A stretch of DNA of 64,000 nucleotides from contig JAZUEP010000063.1 in the NCBI GenBank assembly GCA_045640225.1, positions 2,243 through 66,242 of the forward strand, given 5' to 3'. The position numbers were made by a program, and so were the translations under genes. The notes below the pieces were generated by a model. That model made no database searches. It was not told the DNA's origin and worked only from the letters and a program-made list of their open reading frames with translations. Positions within the stretch are counted from its first letter, which is position 1. Each line of letters opens with the position of its first letter. The DNA comes from Bacteroidales bacterium (GTDB lineage Bacteria > Bacteroidota > Bacteroidia > Bacteroidales > UBA3663). Of this stretch, positions 62,030-64,000 are shown piece after piece.

Positions 62030-62929
62030 TTATACCAAGTGGCGAATCAACTCCTCACGATCGCCTGGCAACATGTCGATGACAGGAATCTCGACCATCG
62101 TGTAGGCACCTGGCTGCTGCTTCAGCGAAGCGCGAGCAACATTTACCAGCACCTGAGCGGTCAATGCAGGATTGTTGATCTTCATGTTGAACTCGAACAA
62201 CTGATTGTGAGTCTTGCCACTCACGCCCTTGCGGGTGAGGTTTACGCCATGTCCCACATCGTTCAGCGCATCGACGCTTTCCACCTGGAAGACGTGTGTC
62301 TCATCGCTGGCGAAATATGGATCAGCCTTGATAGCCTTGGTCACCTCGGCCAGATCAGCACCTTCTTCCAGCTCGACGTATACCATACGACGATGGATGC
62401 CCTGACCTACAGGAATGGTCATCGAGAGTGCATCCTTCACGCCCTCCTTCGAGCGGACACAGACACTGTGACCCATCGAACGGCCAGGACCGAAGTTTGT
62501 ATACGAAAGGCCCTTTGGTGCCAGACTCTCCATCAGCATACGCACAATCGAGTCTGAACCCGGATCCCAGCCAGCGCTGATTACGCTCACGGCATTATTA
62601 GCCTTGGCGCAAGCGTCGAGCGAACGGCGCAGGTCAACGATCTGGGTGTGAATATCGAACGAATCCACCGTGTTGATGCCCAGTGCAAGGCACTTCTTGG
62701 CATGCTCTTCAACGCTGCGGGTTGGTGTTGCCAGAATGGCCACTTCCACATCCTTCAGTTCTTCGATGCTCTTCACTACTGGATAGTTGGCGAGTTCGGC
62801 GGGCTTATTCTCAGCGCCAGCACGACGTACAATTCCAACGCACTCCATATCCGGAGCAGCCTCGATAGCCTCGAGGGCATACTTTCCGATATTGCCATAA
62901 CCTACGATGGCGACTTTTGTCCGTTTCAT
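62030..62929 (-). CDS. ddh: meso-Diaminopimelate D-dehydrogenase
   Basis: Start set at MKRTKVAIVGYGNIGKYALEAI (62929), downstream of a TATCTTTG box near 62960. About 299 aa, Ddh-like throughout. Confidence 0.88.
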   Translation of the reverse strand: MKRTKVAIVGYGNIGKYALEAIEAAPDMECVGIVRRAGAENKPAELANYPVVKSIEELKDVEVAILATPTRSVEEHAKKCLALGINTVDSFDIHTQIVDLRRSLDACAKANNAVSVISAGWDPGSDSIVRMLMESLAPKGLSYTNFGPGRSMGHSVCVRSKEGVKDALSMTIPVGQGIHRRMVYVELEEGADLAEVTKAIKADPYFASDETHVFQVESVDALNDVGHGVNLTRKGVSGKTHNQLFEFNMKINNPALTAQVLVNVARASLKQQPGAYTMVEIPVIDMLPGDREELIRHLV

Positions 62930-63061
62930 CTTACTTATCTTTTTGAATGGTTTTACGGCGCAAAGATAGCGAAAATTCCGTATATTTGCAAATTTATTGG
63001 CAAAAATCAGTAAATTCTTGCAAAATTCATCTTTTTTATAATCCAAAACAACCAAAAACAG

Positions 63062-64000
63062 CATGAAAATCCGTTTGTGGGCCGAGTGGATCGGCATCTT
63101 CGTCGGATGTCTCATCATGGCAGCCGGCTTTGTATTCTTTATCAATCCCTACAACATTGTACCCGGCGGCGTATATGGTGCAAGTATCGTCTTGCACAAC
63201 CTATTCCCTAGCATCCAGGTCGGTACGTTCGGTTACTGCTTCGACATTCCCCTCCTCATCATCAGCGTGTTGTTGCTCGGCAGTCGCCTTGGCAGCCGTA
63301 CTATCGTTGCCGCGCTGTCTACGCCGTTCATCATGAATACGCTCTCGTCGTTGGCCTATCCTACCGAGGAAGCGCTCGAAGCTCTTGATCCGAGCCAGAT
63401 TGCCGGCGGACGGCTCGACCTTTCAGATCACCTGATGCTTACCTGCCTGATCGGTGCAACCCTGATCGGATTAGGCTGCGGCATCATCGTCAATTGCAAG
63501 GCCACCTCTGGCGGAACCGATATCGTAGCCATGCTGATGCAGAAGTACCTGCGTATCCCCTTCTCGACCGGCATTCTGCTGGCCGATGGCATTGTCGTTG
63601 CCTTCGGCCTATTGGTCATCGGCCTCGGATTGGGCAGCGACGGACCCGCCGATCCCCAAGGCTGCCTGCTGTCGTTCTATTCGCTCATCGCCATCTATGT
63701 TTCGTCGCGCGTCATCGCCCGCGTCATTGCCGGCGCCAAGGACGACAAGCTCCTCTTCATCATCAGCGACCGGCCGGTTCCTGAGCTCGAGAAATATATC
63801 CTGAACGACCTTGAGCGCACCGCTACCCGCATCGTCAGCCGCGGTCTGTATACGCAGGCGGACAAGGAGATGCTCTTCCTCGTCATCCACAACAAGGAAG
63901 TTCCGGGCGTAAAGGAATGTATCCGCCAGTACGACCCCCGCGCCTTCGTGGTTGTCACCGACGCCTACGACACTTTCGGCGAAGGCTGGAAGCAGCTTCC
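63062..64000 (+). CDS. YitT-family membrane protein (DUF2179 C-terminus), 3'-partial, with an apparent +1 frameshift near 63899-63902
   Basis: Not in the ORF track because it runs off the window. MKIRLWAEWIGIFVGCLIMAAGFVFFINPYNIVPGGVYG... After ...MLFLVIHNKEV the conserved continuation PGVKECIRQYDPRAFVVVTDAYDTFGEGWKQL is in the +1 frame. Confidence 0.75.

Overview
This window looks like a Bacteroidales chromosome, Prevotella/Segatella-like. Support: TAnnTTTG -7 promoter boxes, a T9SS C-terminal sorting tail, uppS-bamA-ompH synteny and a Bacteroides-type arg operon. Positions 1-34.9 kb and 51-64 kb are mostly housekeeping: gdhA, a giant T9SS pectinesterase, tex, carB, hemD-rnpA-yidD, argH, pyrE, comF, recX, prmC, uppS-bamA-3x ompH, argR-GNAT-argG-pspC-argC-[DUF559 cassette]-argD, purN, acpP-fabF, argF', ddh and yitT. 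Between about 34.95 and 50.96 kb lies a visibly AT-rich accessory island with no recombinase, transposase or tRNA. It is built from cassettes. (1) A 49-aa gene duplicated as ~230-bp direct repeats, each with a TGACAACGTTGTCA operator-like palindrome; the two copies bracket cassettes 2-5. (2) An orphan structured sRNA candidate. (3) A 201-aa orphan gene. (4) Two tandem paralogous membrane-anchored PD-(D/E)xK-like proteins. (5) An MNT-HEPN pair. (6) A UDG-superfamily gene next to a perfect 54-bp palindrome. (7) A tightly coupled 490-aa / 67-aa / XRE-HTH operon of unknown function. (8) A four-gene R-M-like operon: PLD-SNF2 fusion, gamma-class N6A methyltransferase, 42-aa ORF and a DUF932-like protein. 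This operon is preceded by an IR-flanked ~150-bp segment carrying an outward-facing -7 box. A ~75-bp terminator-plus-promoter module occurs three times at cassette boundaries. Outside the island, argC carries three in-frame G/C interrupted palindromes. An IR-flanked DUF559 cassette fills the argC-argD spacer. prmC carries an in-frame duplicated insert with four DnaA-box-like 9-mers. A Rep-like gene sits beside five 41-bp iteron-like repeats. yitT appears frameshifted at a T-run. All functional calls come from motifs read by eye; no database search was run.
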